Position numbers and translations under genes: made by a program. The notes under the pieces are model-generated. The model did no database searches, was not told the origin of the DNA, and saw only the letters and a list, made by a program, of their open reading frames with translations. Shown here one piece after another: positions 60,622-64,000 of a DNA stretch of 64,000 bases (positions are counted from its first letter, which is position 1; every line of letters starts with the position of its first letter). Source of the stretch: Lachnospiraceae bacterium UBA7160 (GTDB lineage: Bacteria > Bacillota > Clostridia > Lachnospirales > Lachnospiraceae); NCBI GenBank assembly GCA_002491565.1, contig DKWE01000060.1:15688-79687 (forward strand). Direction: 5' to 3'.

Positions 60622-61977
60622 ATGCAAAAGGATCTCACAAAGGGCAGTGTCTGGAAGGTTCTGGTCCAGTTTTCGCTGCCTTATCTTTTGTCCTGTTTTC
60701 TGCAGACCTTTTACGGGCTTGCAGATCTCTTTATCACGGGGCAGTTTAATGGAGCCGCACCGATTTCTGCGGTGTCTATCGGAAGCCAGGTGATGCACAT
60801 GATCACGGTGATCATCGTCGGTCTGGCGATGGGCTCGACAGTCACAATCAGTCAGGCGGTGGGTGAGAAGAATGGGAAAAGGGCGGGAAGAGGCGTCGGA
60901 AATACAGTGACGCTGTTCCTTCTGTTTTCCGTGGCGCTGACTTTGGCGCTGCTCCTGTGTGTGAATGGGATTCTCACGCTTATCGCAGTCCCGCCGGAGG
61001 CAGTCAGCCAGACACGGCTCTATCTGATGATCTGCTTTGCAGGAATTCCGTTTATTACTGCCTACAACATCATCAGCTGCATCTTCCGCGGGATGGGGGA
61101 TTCTAAAAGCCCGATGTATTTTATTGCCGTTGCGTGCGTGCTGAATATCGTGCTGGATTTCCTGTTCATCGGAGGTTGCGGGATGGGTGCGGCTGGCGCG
61201 GCGCTCGGCACCGTGATTTCTCAGACTGTGAGTGTCCTTGTGGCGCTATGGGCTATCCGGAGAAAGAATTTTGGCCTTGCGGTTACGAAGGAGGATTTGC
61301 GTCCGGATCCGTCCTGCATGGGGAATATCCTGCGAATCGGAGTGCCGATTGCCTTCCAGGACGGTTTCATCCAGGTGTCCTTTATGATGATCACGATCAT
61401 CGCAAATCACCGCGGCGTTGTGGCGGCGGCGAGCGTCGGGATTGTGGAGAAAATCATCAGCTTTGTATTTCTGGTGCCGTCCGCGATGCTCTCCTCAATT
61501 TCAGCGATCGCGGCGCAGAATGTCGGGGCAGGGAAGTACCGCAGGGCAACGCAGACGCTTGGCTACGGCATCGGGATTTCTGTCTGCTTCGGCGCGCTTG
61601 TGGCGGTCATCTGCCAGATCGTTCCCGGGCAGATTCTGGGATTGTTTACGGATGAGACAGAAGTCATCCGGATGGGCAGCCAGTATCTGCGCTCCTACAT
61701 ATTTGACTGTATGGCGGCGGGCATCCACTTCTGCTTCAGCGGTTATTTCTGCGCATATGGGTACTCCGGACTGTCATTCCTGCAGAATCTTGCATCGATT
61801 GTGCTTGTCCGCGTCCCGGGAGCCTATCTCGCTTCAAAGCTGTATCCGGATACGCTTCTTCCCATGGGCATGGCAGCCCCGCTCGGTTCACTGCTGTCTG
61901 CGCTGATCTGTGTCGTTTTCTTTGTTTGGAAGCGAAAACAGTTGCTGCCGGGAGATACGGGGGAGAAGGAGTCTTAG
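60622..61977 (+). CDS. MATE family efflux transporter
   Basis: DLTKGSV, RGMGDSKSP, NIVLDFLFI, GAAGAALGT; start 60613 or 60622. Confidence 0.93.
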   Translation: MQKDLTKGSVWKVLVQFSLPYLLSCFLQTFYGLADLFITGQFNGAAPISAVSIGSQVMHMITVIIVGLAMGSTVTISQAVGEKNGKRAGRGVGNTVTLFLLFSVALTLALLLCVNGILTLIAVPPEAVSQTRLYLMICFAGIPFITAYNIISCIFRGMGDSKSPMYFIAVACVLNIVLDFLFIGGCGMGAAGAALGTVISQTVSVLVALWAIRRKNFGLAVTKEDLRPDPSCMGNILRIGVPIAFQDGFIQVSFMMITIIANHRGVVAAASVGIVEKIISFVFLVPSAMLSSISAIAAQNVGAGKYRRATQTLGYGIGISVCFGALVAVICQIVPGQILGLFTDETEVIRMGSQYLRSYIFDCMAAGIHFCFSGYFCAYGYSGLSFLQNLASIVLVRVPGAYLASKLYPDTLLPMGMAAPLGSLLSALICVVFFVWKRKQLLPGDTGEKES

Positions 61978-62060
61978 AGGAGATGAGGGAAAAAAGAAGG
62001 CTGCTGTTTGCAGGTATATGGAAAAGAGATTGTGAGAATAGAAAATAAAGAGCAGGGGAG

Positions 62061-63182
62061 ATGCAGTTGTTTACTTTGTGGATGTTTTTTTTGGCACTAC
62101 TGATGGCTGTAATTCTGGGAGGGCTTTTCTGGATAACGGGAAGATACCTGTCCTTTTGGGGACTTGCAGGGAGAGTAAAACATAGCCGGATGCTGCGTTT
62201 CGGCCTGACGCTGCTATTCGAGGTGATTTGCCTGAAGTCGCGAATGGCTGCGTTGGCTGTCCTTCATTTGCTTGCGATCTTTGCACTGACAGAGCTGGCT
62301 GTCTTTCTGATCCGGCGTATGAGAAGGAACAGAGGGAGCAGACGCAGACGTCTGTTTGCGGGAAAGATATATCGCAGCGGCGTCGTTCCGATCCTTCTGA
62401 CCGGGCTGTTTCTGGGATACGGATACAACAATATGCAGCACATTGCCAAAACGGAATATACGGTCAGCTCGGATAAGCTGTCGGGTGATTATAAGATTGT
62501 TCTGATCACGGATACGCACTATGGCACGATTCAAGATCCATCTGTTCTGAAAAGTGCAGTGGAAGAGATCAGCGGGCAAAAGCCGGATGTGGTGATTCTT
62601 GGCGGGGATATTGTGGAGGAAGGGACTTCAAAGGAAGCAATGGAGGAAGCATTTTCCGTGCTCGGCAGTATTGAGAGCCGCTACGGAATTTATTATGTGT
62701 ATGGAAACCATGACCGGCAGCTTTATACCAGAGTGCGTGCCTACACAGAAGACGAGCTGGCAAATGCAATCGAACAGAGCGGAATTGAGATTTTGAATGA
62801 CCGGGTGATTCCGGTAAATGAGGAGATTGTGCTGGCAGGGCGTGAGGACGTCGCAAAGGCTTCGGGGCGGAAGCCTTTAGAAGAATTGCTTGGGGAAGCT
62901 GACAGGGACCAGTTTCTCATCGTGGCGGATCATCAGCCGGTGGAGGCGGAAGAAAATGCCAAATTGGGCGTCGATCTGGAGCTGGCGGGTCATACGCATG
63001 CCGGACAGATTTTCCCGGTTGGCGTGATCAATGAACTGACCGGGTTCAATTACGGCGCGTATCAGGTAGGGGACTGTACGGTCATTGTATCTTCCGGCGC
63101 GACCGGCTGGGGCTTTCCTGTTCGTACGCAGAAGCACTGTGAATATGTGGTTATCTCATTGGAGAAGGAATCAGACACATAG
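62061..63182 (+). CDS. Membrane-anchored calcineurin-like metallophosphoesterase (YkuE-like)
   Basis: DTH, GD, GNHD, HQP, GHTHAGQ; N-terminal TM segments. Confidence 0.9.
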   Translation: MQLFTLWMFFLALLMAVILGGLFWITGRYLSFWGLAGRVKHSRMLRFGLTLLFEVICLKSRMAALAVLHLLAIFALTELAVFLIRRMRRNRGSRRRRLFAGKIYRSGVVPILLTGLFLGYGYNNMQHIAKTEYTVSSDKLSGDYKIVLITDTHYGTIQDPSVLKSAVEEISGQKPDVVILGGDIVEEGTSKEAMEEAFSVLGSIESRYGIYYVYGNHDRQLYTRVRAYTEDELANAIEQSGIEILNDRVIPVNEEIVLAGREDVAKASGRKPLEELLGEADRDQFLIVADHQPVEAEENAKLGVDLELAGHTHAGQIFPVGVINELTGFNYGAYQVGDCTVIVSSGATGWGFPVRTQKHCEYVVISLEKESDT

Positions 63183-63510
63183 CTGGCTGCGGAGTTTGCT
63201 TGTCTCAATTGCCAGGAAATTTGGCAAACTTTCTTGCTTGTAAACAAAGGACTGTGGCAGGGATAATTCCAGAAATGCTGCGTTTCCAGGTTATGTGTGT
63301 TCGCAGGATTGTCCACATGGCACGGAACTTATTGAGCAATATTTTGTATTTGCTCATTTATAGTGATCAGGATGAAATATGCGAACAGGGGAATCGCCTG
63401 AAAAATTCTTTGGGGCGGATAAAAGAGGGATTTCCGGGACAGACTAATAGGATCGTTCAGAGTTTGTGCAAAGGATTTGCAGGGTAAAGAGAGAAGGGAG
63501 TGTGACAGCT

Positions 63511-64000
63511 ATGCAGAAATTGTTTTACGGCGGGGATATTTTGACCATGAGGGACGAGCGGGATGCGCCGGAGGCGGTGCTGGTGGACGAGGGCAGGATT
63601 GTCTATGTCGGCGCGCAGGAGGCAGCCCGAAGGCTGGCGGGTGAGGAAGCTGAATTAGTGGATCTGAAAGGGAACACATTGATGCCGTCTTTTATTGATC
63701 CGCACAGCCATATCGCCATGTACGCACAATTTTCTTCGTTTGCAGATCTCTCAGAGTGTGAGAGTTTTGATGATATTCTGGATGTGTTGAGAGCCTGGCT
63801 GAAGGCGCATCCGGTAAGTGAGGATGGCGCGGTGATGGCGCACGGATACGACCACAATTTTCTGAGGGAGGGAGCACATCCGACGGCAGACGTGCTCGAC
63901 CAGGTATCGGATCGGATTCCGATTTGCCTGTTTCACACCTCCGGTCACATGGCAGTGGCTAATACACCGCTGCTCGCTGCCTGCGGTATTACAAGAGATA
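63511..64000 (+). CDS. Amidohydrolase 3 (YtcJ-like), 3'-partial
   Basis: Manual translation MQKLFYGGDILTM...GRIVYVG...DLKGNTLMPSFIDPHSH...SGHMAVANT. Confidence 0.85.
   Translation, partial: MQKLFYGGDILTMRDERDAPEAVLVDEGRIVYVGAQEAARRLAGEEAELVDLKGNTLMPSFIDPHSHIAMYAQFSSFADLSECESFDDILDVLRAWLKAHPVSEDGAVMAHGYDHNFLREGAHPTADVLDQVSDRIPICLFHTSGHMAVANTPLLAACGITRD

Overview
Chromosomal window from a Clostridia-class bacterium, most likely Lachnospiraceae (rpsD inside the alpha operon, L17 with an internal insertion, S10 leader type). In order it contains: a divergent redox-type locus (membrane 4Fe-4S protein, a membrane protein ending in a CD1871A-like CxxCIGLG motif, and a large secreted TlpA-like thioredoxin); an AraC/GH2 beta-galactosidase/GPH permease unit; pyrG; ftsH; a dltABCD operon with an unlisted dltX at its 3' end; a 9-gene acid-sugar catabolic cluster (degenerate PrpR-like regulator, ABC transporter, BNR sialidase-fold protein, Fe-ADH, PdxA2, DUF1537 kinase, DHDPS-like aldolase); an RNA methyltransferase; an unlisted type I toxin-antitoxin-like module; the full S10-spc-alpha ribosomal cluster; a Lon-like AAA+ protein lacking a protease domain; araA; aroK; a GGDEF-EAL-PAS-GGDEF protein; PTS EIICBA; a MATE transporter; a metallophosphoesterase; and a partial amidohydrolase. 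Best candidate for an undescribed system: the acid-sugar cluster, whose enzymes fit a complete route from a C7 2-keto-3-deoxy diacid such as pectin RG-II Dha via D-threonate to DHAP (inference). Next best are the type I TA module and the protease-less Lon-like ATPase. No tRNA, rRNA, CRISPR array or intact transposase was seen. All family calls are from motif recognition by eye, not database searches.
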